This document shows, one piece after another, positions 19,614-28,641 of a DNA stretch of 60,360 nucleotides (the stretch's first letter is position 1; each line of letters starts with the position of its first letter). The notes under the pieces were generated by a model. It worked only from the letters and a program-made list of their open reading frames with translations. It was not told the origin of the DNA and ran no database searches. The position numbers and the translations under genes are program-made. Source of the DNA: Clostridia bacterium (GTDB taxonomy: Bacteria > Bacillota > Clostridia > UMGS1810); contig JAZNFW010000116.1 in NCBI GenBank assembly GCA_045576175.1, forward strand, positions 1 through 60,360. Direction: 5' to 3'.

Positions 19614-20906
19614 ATGTTTAAAATGGGTATGGCAAAAGAAGATGTTACACCTGAGTTAAATTGCCTACTCTATGGTTATCCCAGAGAGCGCAGAGCACAG
19701 AGAGTTATGGATCCTCTTTCTGTAGGCGCAGTTGTTGTTACAAACGGCGAAGAAACACTTTTGTTTTTCGGTGTTGATATATGTTCAATGAATATGGATG
19801 TATGCGATAAAATAAGAGAAAGAATTGGCGAGCAGCTTGGCATCGACAAAAAGAACATTATGTACTCCTGCATACACACACATTCTGCACCTGTTACTCG
19901 TAACTCACCGGGTTGGGGTGTAGCTGACTGGGATTATATAGACGGTACTCTTATCCCCAAGAGTGTAGAAGCTGCAAAGAAAGCTATGGCAACCATGCAG
20001 GAAGCTACTTTGGGCGTTGGCGTTATAGAAAGCCAGGTTGGTATCAACAGACGCCAGATAGAAAACGGCGAAGTTATATTAGGCCAGAAGATAGATGGCC
20101 CCTACGATCCGCACATGACTATGCTTACCTTCAAATCGCTTGAAGGCAAGGTAATAGGTTCTGTTATCCACTATGCTTGTCATCCCACAGTTGCAGGCTC
20201 CAACTTCTCTATCACAAGAGACTGGCCCAGCTACATGATAGACAGAATAGAAGAAGTTTCCGGTGCACCCTGTATGTATATAAACGGTGCCGAAGGTGAT
20301 GTAGGCCCTCGTCTTTCCAATGGCAGAACAACTGCAGACGAAAGCTACATTCCCGAAATTGGCATAAAGGCTGCAGACGATGCAGAAAAGGCATACAGAT
20401 CTATTACAGATTTCAAGGTGCCTGAACTTAAAGTTCATGCAGAAACAATCAAGTTCCCCTATGTTGAGATTCCCTCTCTCGAAGAAGTTGAAAGAGAAAT
20501 CGAAGCTATGGGTGACCCCGAGAAACTCGTGGCTACAGAAATCTCAAAACATACTCAGTACTGCAAGATAAGAGATATACATTTGTCGGGAGCAGAGCTT
20601 CCCGACCATCTGGATGTAGAGCAGACAGTTATAGCACTGGGTGAGCTTGCTATGGTACCGTTTGCATTTGAGGCGTTTTCAACACACGCTCTCAACTTAA
20701 GAAAGAATTCACCCTTTAAGGATACAATTCTTTTAGGCCTCACAGGCGGAAGCTACGGCTATCTTCCTACACTTGACCAGATAGAATTAGGTGGATACGA
20801 AATACAGTCCTTCCACGCGGCAAGCATACCGCAGTTTGATGATGACCTTGGCAGAATCATTGTAGAACAAAATGTAGAGTTATTAAAAAAATTATATAAT
20901 AAATAA
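19614..20906 (+). CDS. Cytoplasmic neutral/alkaline-ceramidase-like amidohydrolase, tandem paralogue
   Basis: CIHTHSAP and NGAEGDVGPRLSNG. Collinear with 18111..19409. I moved the start from the track's 19560 to the ATG at 19614, which has AGGAG 8 nt upstream and aligns with the paralogue's N-terminus. Confidence 0.6.
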   Translation: MFKMGMAKEDVTPELNCLLYGYPRERRAQRVMDPLSVGAVVVTNGEETLLFFGVDICSMNMDVCDKIRERIGEQLGIDKKNIMYSCIHTHSAPVTRNSPGWGVADWDYIDGTLIPKSVEAAKKAMATMQEATLGVGVIESQVGINRRQIENGEVILGQKIDGPYDPHMTMLTFKSLEGKVIGSVIHYACHPTVAGSNFSITRDWPSYMIDRIEEVSGAPCMYINGAEGDVGPRLSNGRTTADESYIPEIGIKAADDAEKAYRSITDFKVPELKVHAETIKFPYVEIPSLEEVEREIEAMGDPEKLVATEISKHTQYCKIRDIHLSGAELPDHLDVEQTVIALGELAMVPFAFEAFSTHALNLRKNSPFKDTILLGLTGGSYGYLPTLDQIELGGYEIQSFHAASIPQFDDDLGRIIVEQNVELLKKLYNK

Positions 20907-20921
20907 AAAGGAGAAATCAAA

Positions 20922-21752
20922 ATGGATGTAAAATCTAGACTCACAGCCTCCATATGGCCCTGGGGAACACAGACACCCGAACAGATGAGAGAAGCAGCAA
21001 AGGCAGTTAGCGAAATCGGCTACAAGTACTTCGAAAGCACAAAGTCCGCAATCCACGCTTTCAATATGGATTTGGACGCATACAAAGCAGTTCTCGAAGA
21101 GTTTGGCATTACTCCCGTAAGCTTCTACTTCCACCTTCCTCCCATTGAAGAGCAGGATGAATGGTTCAAGTATATCGAAGAAGAAATGGATTTCGTATCC
21201 AAGCTTGGTGTTACAAGAATCAGCCTCCAGGCTACATGGGGCAGACCCGAAGGTAATGTTCTTTCTCAGAAGCAGCTCGATGATGAGGTTGCTCTCATCA
21301 CACGCTTTGCAAAGAAAGCTAAAGAATACGGTATCACACCTAACCTCCATCCCCATCACAACACATGGATTATGTATGGTCCCGAAATTGACTACTTCAT
21401 GGAAAACATAAGCGAAGATCTCCTCGCTTTCTGTCCTGATACAGCTCACCTTATTGCAGGTGAATGTGATCCTGTTGAAGTTGTTAAGAAGTATGTTCAC
21501 CGTATTAAGTTTACACACTTCAAGGATATCATGGATGCAAATGTTGACTCCGAAGGTATCGCAGACAACGGTGTAGAAGTTTACAGTAACTTCTGCGAAC
21601 TTGGTAAGGGTAGCGTAGACTTCAAGGGCGTGTTCCAGGTTCTTAAGGATGCAGGCTACGAAGGTCCTCTTTGCGAAGAGCTTGATAAGGCTCCTGTTTC
21701 TAACGAAGAAACAGCAAAGAACAACTACGAATTCTTACTCAACAACTATTAA
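20922..21752 (+). CDS. Sugar-phosphate isomerase/epimerase (xylose-isomerase-like TIM barrel)
   Basis: 276 aa with the typical family signature ...FCPDTAHLIAGECDPVEVVKKYVHRIKFTHFKD...ELGKGSVDF. RBS AAGGAGAA. Confidence 0.65.
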   Translation: MDVKSRLTASIWPWGTQTPEQMREAAKAVSEIGYKYFESTKSAIHAFNMDLDAYKAVLEEFGITPVSFYFHLPPIEEQDEWFKYIEEEMDFVSKLGVTRISLQATWGRPEGNVLSQKQLDDEVALITRFAKKAKEYGITPNLHPHHNTWIMYGPEIDYFMENISEDLLAFCPDTAHLIAGECDPVEVVKKYVHRIKFTHFKDIMDANVDSEGIADNGVEVYSNFCELGKGSVDFKGVFQVLKDAGYEGPLCEELDKAPVSNEETAKNNYEFLLNNY

Positions 21753-21767
21753 TATCTAAACAAAAAA

Positions 21768-21795
21768 CCTCAAGTGCTATGCTCTTGAGGTTTTT
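21768..21795 (+). terminator. Rho-independent terminator after the isomerase gene
   Basis: CCTCAAG-tgctatgct-CTTGAGG followed by TTTTT. Confidence 0.7.
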
Positions 21796-21801
21796 CTCTG
21801 C

Positions 21802-21911
21802 CTTATTCATTTTTGCAGGGAATGAATTTATCCGTTCCGCTTTGTATGCACTGTTGAGGGCAGTGGATTTATCCATTCCGCCATAGCTTATTCACACATC
21901 CTTGCAAAAAC
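21802..21911. repeat. Structured intergenic element: two GGAT-TT-ATCC-type imperfect hairpin units bracketed by an inverted repeat
   Basis: Unit 1 is gcagGGAATGAATttATCCGTTCCgc and unit 2 is ggcaGTGGATttATCCATtccgcc. The outer arms tttttgcaggg (21810-21820) and ccttgcaaaaa (21900-21910) are near-complementary, and cttattca occurs twice. Confidence 0.5.
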
Positions 21912-21946
21912 AAACCTGCTCGGTTCTGTCGTCCGGGCAGGTTTTT
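21912..21946 (-). terminator. Bidirectional terminator downstream of the histidine kinase gene
   Basis: AAACCTGCTCGG-ttctgtcgt-CCGGGCAGGTTT (one G-U). A T-run follows on both strands (ttttt on +, tttgttttt on -). Confidence 0.7.
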
Positions 21947-21952
21947 ATCTGT

Positions 21953-23716
21953 TTATGAATTTTGCTGATTTTCAATGTTAAGCACTATCTCAACTGTAGT
22001 CAGATTATTCTGCGATTTAATATTAAGACCGTAATCGTGGCCAAATATAATCCGTATTCTGTGGTTAACATTCACAAGACCGATTCTCTTTTGTTCAAAT
22101 ATAGTATCCGACTTTAGCATTTCCTGAAGTTTTGAAAGCTCTTCCTTTTCTATTGTCTTGCCGTTGTTGCTTACAGATACTATGAGCTTGTTTTCTTGCT
22201 TTCTCGCTTTTATCTCCAGCCTTGCTGTTTCGTCAATGTTGTTGTGAAAACCGTGTGCAAAGGCGTTTTCCACTATAGGCTGCAGCATAAATTTAAGCAC
22301 ATTGTAGTTTAGAAGACTGTCGTCAATATCTGTTACCACATCTATGTCACAGCAGAACTTGAGCTTTTGAAGTTCGATGTATTTATTTACATAGCTTAGC
22401 TCATCTCTTAAAGTTACGAGGTATCTTTGCGTATCGAGCGCCTCGCGTATGAGCTGCGAGAGAATCACTATTGCGCGGCTTGCATCGCAGTCTTTTTTAA
22501 CCATATTCATAACCATCATATTTATAAGATTGAGAGTGTTGTGTATAAAGTGCGGGTTAAGTTGAGTCTGCAGTGCCACAAACTGTGCTTTTTTGAGTGC
22601 CGTCATATGCTCGGCAAGGTGCTTTTCAATGTTTTCACCCTTCGATAGTCTGGGTACTATGAGGCTGTTTATGTAGTAAAGCTCGTTGTAACTCTCATTT
22701 GAATTGGGAGCGTCTCCGCTTTTTTCATCTCCCACACCAAGTGCAGATGTAAGCTGTATTATAGATTCATAAAACTGCACCGAAAGAAAAACAGAAAGAA
22801 AAAAGGATAGTATAAGAACCACAATGCCTATTCCGATTAAAATTCCGGCAATAGTCAGATACTTCGAAAGACTGTTTGCACGCTCTGTGTACACATAGGT
22901 ATAAAGACCGCTTATATCTGTTTCAAAATACAAAGAAGATTTATTGCTTTTGTAAAACAGTTCACCATATTCATGATGAATGTTCTCAATACTTTTTCCT
23001 ACAAGAGAAAAATCACTCGAGTAAAACACATTACCGTCAGTGTCGCACAAAACCTGCACACTGGCTTTGCGTGCGCTTAAATCCATGGCGGCTTTTACCG
23101 CCTGAATATCCACATTGTACAGCACAATGCCTTCCATAACACCTTCATTCCACAAACCTCTTGCCACAATCACAGAGTCTTCGTATATATTAGGTGAAAG
23201 TGAACGGTTGTAGTACACAAAGTCGCTTCTTCCGGTATCTTTGTATAGCTTGTACCAACTCTGTACAAAAAAACTGTCTGTCGGAGCACTGCTTTGAGTA
23301 GACAGAACAAAATCCTTGCGGGGACTGTATAGGTGCACATTTGTAATGTACTGTGATGATATGCGGATATTGTCTATAAGCTTTGATGTAGCATACATAA
23401 GGGGATATTCACTGCCCGATATGACATTTTCGAGAGCGCAATAGGCGTGCACATCACCTGAATTGGAAAGCACAAGATGATTGTTTTCCACATCGGCAAA
23501 AATAGCTTCAAGAGAGGAGGATGTACGGTAGAGCGCACGACTGCGCTCACTTTCAACATCCTCCTCGTGTAAACGGAACATATAAAAGCACACCAGAGAG
23601 CTAAGTATCACAAGAGGTATAAGGATACAAACCACGGATTTGCGAAAATATTTAAAGAACACATTGTTTCTGCTGTATAATTTTACAAGATTAATATACT
23701 TTTTGGAAAAAAGCAT
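21953..23716 (-). CDS. Sensor histidine kinase, YesM/LytS-type
   Basis: Two TM segments flank a ~260-aa extracytoplasmic region. His_kinase box QTQLNPHFIHNTLNLINMM and C-terminal HATPase (GLVNVNHRIRIIFG). The start overlaps the regulator's stop by 1 nt (TAATG). Confidence 0.85.
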   Translation of the reverse strand: MLFSKKYINLVKLYSRNNVFFKYFRKSVVCILIPLVILSSLVCFYMFRLHEEDVESERSRALYRTSSSLEAIFADVENNHLVLSNSGDVHAYCALENVISGSEYPLMYATSKLIDNIRISSQYITNVHLYSPRKDFVLSTQSSAPTDSFFVQSWYKLYKDTGRSDFVYYNRSLSPNIYEDSVIVARGLWNEGVMEGIVLYNVDIQAVKAAMDLSARKASVQVLCDTDGNVFYSSDFSLVGKSIENIHHEYGELFYKSNKSSLYFETDISGLYTYVYTERANSLSKYLTIAGILIGIGIVVLILSFFLSVFLSVQFYESIIQLTSALGVGDEKSGDAPNSNESYNELYYINSLIVPRLSKGENIEKHLAEHMTALKKAQFVALQTQLNPHFIHNTLNLINMMVMNMVKKDCDASRAIVILSQLIREALDTQRYLVTLRDELSYVNKYIELQKLKFCCDIDVVTDIDDSLLNYNVLKFMLQPIVENAFAHGFHNNIDETARLEIKARKQENKLIVSVSNNGKTIEKEELSKLQEMLKSDTIFEQKRIGLVNVNHRIRIIFGHDYGLNIKSQNNLTTVEIVLNIENQQNS

Positions 23717-24912
23717 TATTCATCCGTCTCCTCTTTAAACTGGTTTCTGTACTCTGCAGGGGTGTAACCTGTAAATCTTGTAAATATCTTGTAGAAATAG
23801 GGTATAGACCTGTAGCCTACATCCTCTGTAATGGCAGATATGGGTGAATTTGTAGACACGAGAAGCTCCTTTGCCTTTTCGGCGCGGTAGCGGTTTAATT
23901 CGTTTACAAATGTCTCGCCTGTCATCTTTTTAAAGTATGAGCAAAAGTACACACGGCTTAAGGAAATGTGCTTTGCAACATCCTCGAGCGAAAAATCCTC
24001 TTTGTAATTGTTGCGTATATATTCCATACTCTTTCGTATAATGGGGTCGTCTATATTCTGCTCTTTTTCGTTTTGCTCATATACAAAGTCCGAAAGTCTG
24101 TCCATATGACGCACATCTATGGATATATCATCAATAGAGAGCATCTGCTTAAGATTCGATTTTAATATGGTAAGATAGTTTTTGAGTTCAAATTCAAAGT
24201 CACTTCCCATGCTTATGGCAAGCACCTGAAAAGTGTTCTTTACATATGCAAACGATGAGCAGTAAAGCCCCATCTTGTTGCTTGCAAGGTAGGATATTGC
24301 ATTATATAGCTTGTCCCTGCCGTGCTTCCACACATTTGAAATGTAGTTTTCAAAGTTGTTTATGGTGATATGTATGCATGCACAGGGGTTTTCTGCATAA
24401 AAAGAGGGGATATTTATAGAAGAAAGCTTATCTTTAAGTTCTTCCAGAGATTTTATGTTGTTTAGCACAAGCTCGGAGAACACAAACTGCTGTTCAAGCA
24501 TTTCCAGATTGCTTGCAAAAAGATTTTCGCCGGAGCGCTTTTTAAGAAGACCATATGCTCTCTTTAAAAGCTCGTCTATCTGCGAATAGGTAAAGGGCTT
24601 TACAAGATATTCGCAAATATTAAGGTGTATAGCCTGCCTTGCATACTCAAAGTCGGAATGAGCGCTTATAAACACCACAAAAGGAGCGGGCGATTTCTCG
24701 TTACAAGCCTTGGCTATATCAATGCCTGTATATTTTGGCATTCTGATGTCGGTAAATACAAGGTCCACACGGTTGTTTTGTATGTACTCCATAGCTTTTT
24801 CGCTGTCCGAAAAGCTTTCCACAAGCGAAAATCCGTACTCTTCCCAGTTTATTAGGTTGCAAAACTGTTTGAGAGCCAGAGCTTCGTCATCAATTATTAT
24901 GAGCTTGTACAT
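23716..24912 (-). CDS. Response regulator with AraC-type HTH output domain (YesN-like)
   Basis: Receiver domain (IIDDE...VDLVFTDIRMPKYTGIDIA). AraC HTH (VAKHISLSRVYFCSYFKKMTGETFVNELNRYRAEKAKELL...YFYKIFTRFTGYTPAEYR). RBS AAAGGAGG. Confidence 0.85.
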   Translation of the reverse strand: MYKLIIIDDEALALKQFCNLINWEEYGFSLVESFSDSEKAMEYIQNNRVDLVFTDIRMPKYTGIDIAKACNEKSPAPFVVFISAHSDFEYARQAIHLNICEYLVKPFTYSQIDELLKRAYGLLKKRSGENLFASNLEMLEQQFVFSELVLNNIKSLEELKDKLSSINIPSFYAENPCACIHITINNFENYISNVWKHGRDKLYNAISYLASNKMGLYCSSFAYVKNTFQVLAISMGSDFEFELKNYLTILKSNLKQMLSIDDISIDVRHMDRLSDFVYEQNEKEQNIDDPIIRKSMEYIRNNYKEDFSLEDVAKHISLSRVYFCSYFKKMTGETFVNELNRYRAEKAKELLVSTNSPISAITEDVGYRSIPYFYKIFTRFTGYTPAEYRNQFKEETDE

Positions 24913-24948
24913 AACGCACCTCCTTTAATTCAGTACGAGTTTCTACCT

Positions 24949-24977
24949 ATTATATATAGGGCGGTGTTGAAGTTAAA
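24949..24977 (-). promoter_or_regulatory. Putative promoter of the two-component operon (good -10, weak -35)
   Basis: On the minus strand: TTTAAC (24977-24972), 17 nt, TATAAT (24954-24949), about 37 nt upstream of the ATG. The weak -35 directly abuts the palindrome at 24979. Confidence 0.4.
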
Positions 24978-24978
24978 T

Positions 24979-25002
24979 AATATAGAGAACATTCTCTATA
25001 TT
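24979..25002. promoter_or_regulatory. Perfect 11-bp inverted repeat operator AATATAGAGAA-ca-TTCTCTATATT
   Basis: Read directly from the sequence. It lies in the divergent region between the regulator (-) and the ABC transporter operon (+), and the same 11-mer recurs at 25086. Confidence 0.6.
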
Positions 25003-25085
25003 ACATTTTAAACATAGTTGTCAAAAATGTCAAATCTAAATTATGCAATTTTAATAATTTTCATAATATTGAGAACTAAAAACTG

Positions 25086-25125
25086 AATATAGAGAATTGG
25101 AATGATTTGAAAAAGGGCGTATAAT
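25086..25125 (+). promoter_or_regulatory. Third copy of the AATATAGAGAA half-site fused to a sigma-A-type promoter of the ABC importer operon
   Basis: AATATAGAGAA (25086-25096) is immediately followed by TTGGAA (25097-25102), 17 nt, TATAAT (25120-25125), 35 nt before the ATG at 25160. This arrangement is typical of a class-II activator site. Confidence 0.55.
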
Positions 25126-25159
25126 AATATTACGATTATATGACGAAGGTGAGGATGAA

Positions 25160-26128
25160 ATGAGTAAATCAACAACACATCAAGAGTTTGCACTTCAGCA
25201 GACAACCAAAAGAAAAAAATCCGGCATTAACAGCAAGCGTATATTCCAGTTGTGGACTATAGGCTTAATACCTATGATCATAGTTGTACTTACAAAATAT
25301 GTACCTATGTTTGGTATCACAATTGCATTCAAACGTTTCAACTACAGAGATGGTATCTTAGGTAGCCCTTGGGTAGGAATAGACAACTTCAAGTTCTTCT
25401 TCCAGTCTTCCGACTTTGCCCGTATCCTGAGAAACACTCTGGGTATGAATCTTATATTCATTGCAATCAATCTTATTACGGCAGTTGGTCTTGCGCTTCT
25501 TATGTACGAACTCACCAGCCGTCTTAAGACCAAGATATATATGACCATTATGATAACACCCCACTTCTTATCCTGGGTTGTTGTAAGTTACATGGCATAT
25601 GCACTCTTAGAGCCTACACACGGTATTTTAAACAATGTTATAGAGTCCCTTGGCGGCAAACCGATTGCATGGTACGCAGATGCAAGACCTTGGCCAATAA
25701 TACTTACCATATTCTACGTATGGAAGCATGTTGGTATGAACAGTATCGTTTACTACGCATCTCTTATGGGTATAGACAACTCCCTTATCGAAGCTGCGGA
25801 AATCGACGGTGCTAACAAGCGTCAGGTTATAAGACACATCATTATTCCCTGCTTGTTACCTCTTATGATTATCATGACAATCCTTGCAATAGGTAAGATC
25901 TTCCACTCTGACTTTGGTCTGTTCTATCAGATCCCCAGAAATGTAGGTAAACTCTTCGAAACAACCGACGTTATCGATACATATATCTTCCGTACAATGA
26001 CAGAAATCGGCGGCAAGATGGAAAACGGTACAGCAGTTGGTCTTGTACAGTCTATAGTTGCTCTTATACTTGTTCTTACTACCAACAAGTTAAGTAAGAT
26101 GATAGACAACGATTACGGTCTTATTTAA
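25160..26128 (+). CDS. Carbohydrate ABC transporter permease (LplB/MalF-like)
   Basis: Multi-TM protein with the EAA loop IEAAEIDGANKRQVIRHIIIPCLLP. Confidence 0.85.
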   Translation: MSKSTTHQEFALQQTTKRKKSGINSKRIFQLWTIGLIPMIIVVLTKYVPMFGITIAFKRFNYRDGILGSPWVGIDNFKFFFQSSDFARILRNTLGMNLIFIAINLITAVGLALLMYELTSRLKTKIYMTIMITPHFLSWVVVSYMAYALLEPTHGILNNVIESLGGKPIAWYADARPWPIILTIFYVWKHVGMNSIVYYASLMGIDNSLIEAAEIDGANKRQVIRHIIIPCLLPLMIIMTILAIGKIFHSDFGLFYQIPRNVGKLFETTDVIDTYIFRTMTEIGGKMENGTAVGLVQSIVALILVLTTNKLSKMIDNDYGLI

Positions 26129-26155
26129 TGGTGCACAGCAAGGAGGATTAGTATA

Positions 26156-27034
26156 ATGAATAAAAGGAAAAAGAGAGGACAATTTGTCCTCAACATAGTT
26201 TTAATATTACTGTGCGTTGTAGTTATAGCACCAATGGTACTCCTGGTAAGTGTATCTGTTTCCAGCGAAACGGACATAGCTATGAACGGATATTCATTTA
26301 TCCCCAGACAGCTTGACTTCTCTGCATACAAATTTGTATTCGAGAGCCCCGATGTTATTCTTCAGGCGTACAAAGTTACAATAATATATTCATTTATAGG
26401 TATGTTCTTGAGTATCCTCATTAAGTCCATGATGGCATATATGCTTTCGGTAAAGATATTCAAAGCAAGAAGAGTTATTTCTCTTCTCTTGTACTTCACA
26501 TCACTCTTCGGTGGCGGTATGATAGCAAGCTACCTTATCTACACACAGGTATACGGACTTAGCGACTCACCTATTATGTATGTATTGCCCGGTCTTGTTA
26601 GCCCCTGGTATGTATTTATGATTAGAACAAGCATGCAGGGTATTCCGGAAGAGATTTCCGAATCTGCATTTATGGATGGTGCATCCGAGTACAGAATTCT
26701 CTGGCAGATGATAATTCCACTCTGTAAGCCGGTTCTTGCAACAGTTGCACTCTTCACTTTCCTTGAAAAGTGGAATGACTGGTCCACCTCCATGGTTTAC
26801 ATACAGAACCCCAAACTCATGAGCCTTCAGTATCAGCTCCAGAGAATACTCCAGAACATTCAGGCTATGCAGAGTACAGAAAATACAGGTATTGCAATTG
26901 ACCTTAGCAAGATTCCTACAGAAACAGCTCGTATGGCAATGGCAGTTATAGTTGCAGGACCTGCACTTCTTATATTCCCGTTCTTCCAGAAGTACTTTAC
27001 AAAGGGCCTCACAGTAGGTTCCGTAAAGGGTTGA
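26156..27034 (+). CDS. Carbohydrate ABC transporter permease (LplC/MalG-like)
   Basis: Multi-TM protein with the EAA loop ESAFMDGASEYRILWQMIIPLCKP. Confidence 0.85.
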   Translation: MNKRKKRGQFVLNIVLILLCVVVIAPMVLLVSVSVSSETDIAMNGYSFIPRQLDFSAYKFVFESPDVILQAYKVTIIYSFIGMFLSILIKSMMAYMLSVKIFKARRVISLLLYFTSLFGGGMIASYLIYTQVYGLSDSPIMYVLPGLVSPWYVFMIRTSMQGIPEEISESAFMDGASEYRILWQMIIPLCKPVLATVALFTFLEKWNDWSTSMVYIQNPKLMSLQYQLQRILQNIQAMQSTENTGIAIDLSKIPTETARMAMAVIVAGPALLIFPFFQKYFTKGLTVGSVKG

Positions 27035-27089
27035 TTTATTAGCCTTAGATATATTTTATATAAATTTAAAAAATGAAGGAGGAATTAAC

Positions 27090-28547
27090 ATGAAAAAAAT
27101 TATAGCACTTTTGCTTGCAGCTATAATGCTGTTTTCAATGTGCGCATGTAGTAAAAGCGGCTCTGACGAGGGCGGCGTAAAAACTCTCAAGATTTACATG
27201 CCTTCAGATCCCCAGAAGGACTTAGAGCTTGTTGTGGCTGAGGCAAACAAAATCGTTGAGAAAAAGCTTGGCGTAAGAATGGAAGTTAAGCTTATCGACA
27301 TGGGTGCTTATGCACAGAAGATGAACTTGAATATGGCATCCAAAGACGATTATGACATCTGCTTTGTAGGTTACATAAACAAGTTTAACACTGCAGTATC
27401 ACTCGGTGGTCTTATGCAGCTCGACGACCTTCTTAAAGAAGTTCCCACATTAAAGGCTCAGGTACCTGAGTATCTTTGGGATGCAGCCAGCTTCGAAGGC
27501 GGTATCTATGCAGTTCCCAACGAGCAGATAAACGCTACAAAAACAACAATGTTCACATTCAAGGACCTTGCAGATAAATACGGCTTGGATCTTGATTCTA
27601 TCAACAAGAAGTACGACATCGAACCTTTCTTAAAGAAGATTAAGGAAAATGAGCCCAACCTCATTCCTTACAGATTAAACTCAGGTGGCTTCTCCATAAG
27701 CGATGACCCCAACTTCAGAGGTTACGAAACCATTACTAGCAGCTTCGTATTCAAGAAGGGCGACCCCAAGTGTAAGGTTGTATTAAAGCAGGATGACCCC
27801 GCAGTAAGGGCTGGTGTTGCAAGAAGAGTAGAATGGCTCGAAAAGGGCTACATCCGTCAGGATATTCTCTCTGTAACAGACGACACAATGGACTACAAGG
27901 CTGGTAAGTATGCAGTATGGTCTGCAGTTTACAAGCCCGGTGTAGAAGCAGATATGACTACACAGTTCGGCGGTAGAGAAGTTATTGCTATTCATACCAA
28001 AGATGACCTTCCCTACATTTCCAACTCCAACTGCGTATCCACAATGCTCGCTATTGGTGCAGACTCCAAGTACCCTGTAGAAGCTATTAAGCTCATCGAG
28101 CTCTTAAACACAGATAAAGAACTCTACAACATAATGGCTTTCGGTATCGAAGGTAAGCACTACACATTAACAGAAGAAGGCAAAGTTAAGAAGATAGAAA
28201 ACTCCGGCTACTCAATGGAAGGCTGGAAGTGGGGATGCCAGTTCAACTCTCTCCTTCTCGATGGTCAGGCAGATGACACATGGGAAGAAACAAAGAGATT
28301 GAACGACGAAGCAGAAAAGTCTCCTCTTATGGGCTTTGTTCTCGATACAACACCCATCGAAGCAGAACTTGCTAACTATGCTGCAGTATCTTCTGAATAC
28401 AAGTTCTATCTTGAAGGCTACACAACAGACTATCTCGATTTCGAAGATGACTACAAGAAGAAACTTGCAAATGTTGATGTTAAGGCAATCAAGAAAGAAT
28501 TACAGAGACAGATTGACGCTCATCTTGCTTCAAAGAAGAAGAAATAA
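27090..28547 (+). CDS. Extracellular solute-binding lipoprotein (large LplA-type, family 1)
   Basis: Signal peptide ending in a Cys lipobox-like LFSMCAC. At 485 aa and placed after two permeases, it fits LplABC-type oligosaccharide importers. No ATPase gene lies in the locus. Confidence 0.8.
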   Translation: MKKIIALLLAAIMLFSMCACSKSGSDEGGVKTLKIYMPSDPQKDLELVVAEANKIVEKKLGVRMEVKLIDMGAYAQKMNLNMASKDDYDICFVGYINKFNTAVSLGGLMQLDDLLKEVPTLKAQVPEYLWDAASFEGGIYAVPNEQINATKTTMFTFKDLADKYGLDLDSINKKYDIEPFLKKIKENEPNLIPYRLNSGGFSISDDPNFRGYETITSSFVFKKGDPKCKVVLKQDDPAVRAGVARRVEWLEKGYIRQDILSVTDDTMDYKAGKYAVWSAVYKPGVEADMTTQFGGREVIAIHTKDDLPYISNSNCVSTMLAIGADSKYPVEAIKLIELLNTDKELYNIMAFGIEGKHYTLTEEGKVKKIENSGYSMEGWKWGCQFNSLLLDGQADDTWEETKRLNDEAEKSPLMGFVLDTTPIEAELANYAAVSSEYKFYLEGYTTDYLDFEDDYKKKLANVDVKAIKKELQRQIDAHLASKKKK

Positions 28548-28587
28548 GTCCCTTTAAATTCGGACTAAATCATCAAAGAATTGCAAA

Positions 28588-28605
28588 CCCGGGCTTTTGC
28601 CCGGG
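28588..28605 (+). terminator. GC-rich stem-loop between the binding-protein gene and the 858-aa gene (partial terminator or mRNA stabiliser)
   Basis: CCCGGGC-tttt-GCCCGGG. The T-tract is displaced ~15 nt downstream, so read-through is likely. Confidence 0.4.
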
Positions 28606-28641
28606 TAGGTATATAAAAATTTTTTTGAAAGGTGATATTAA

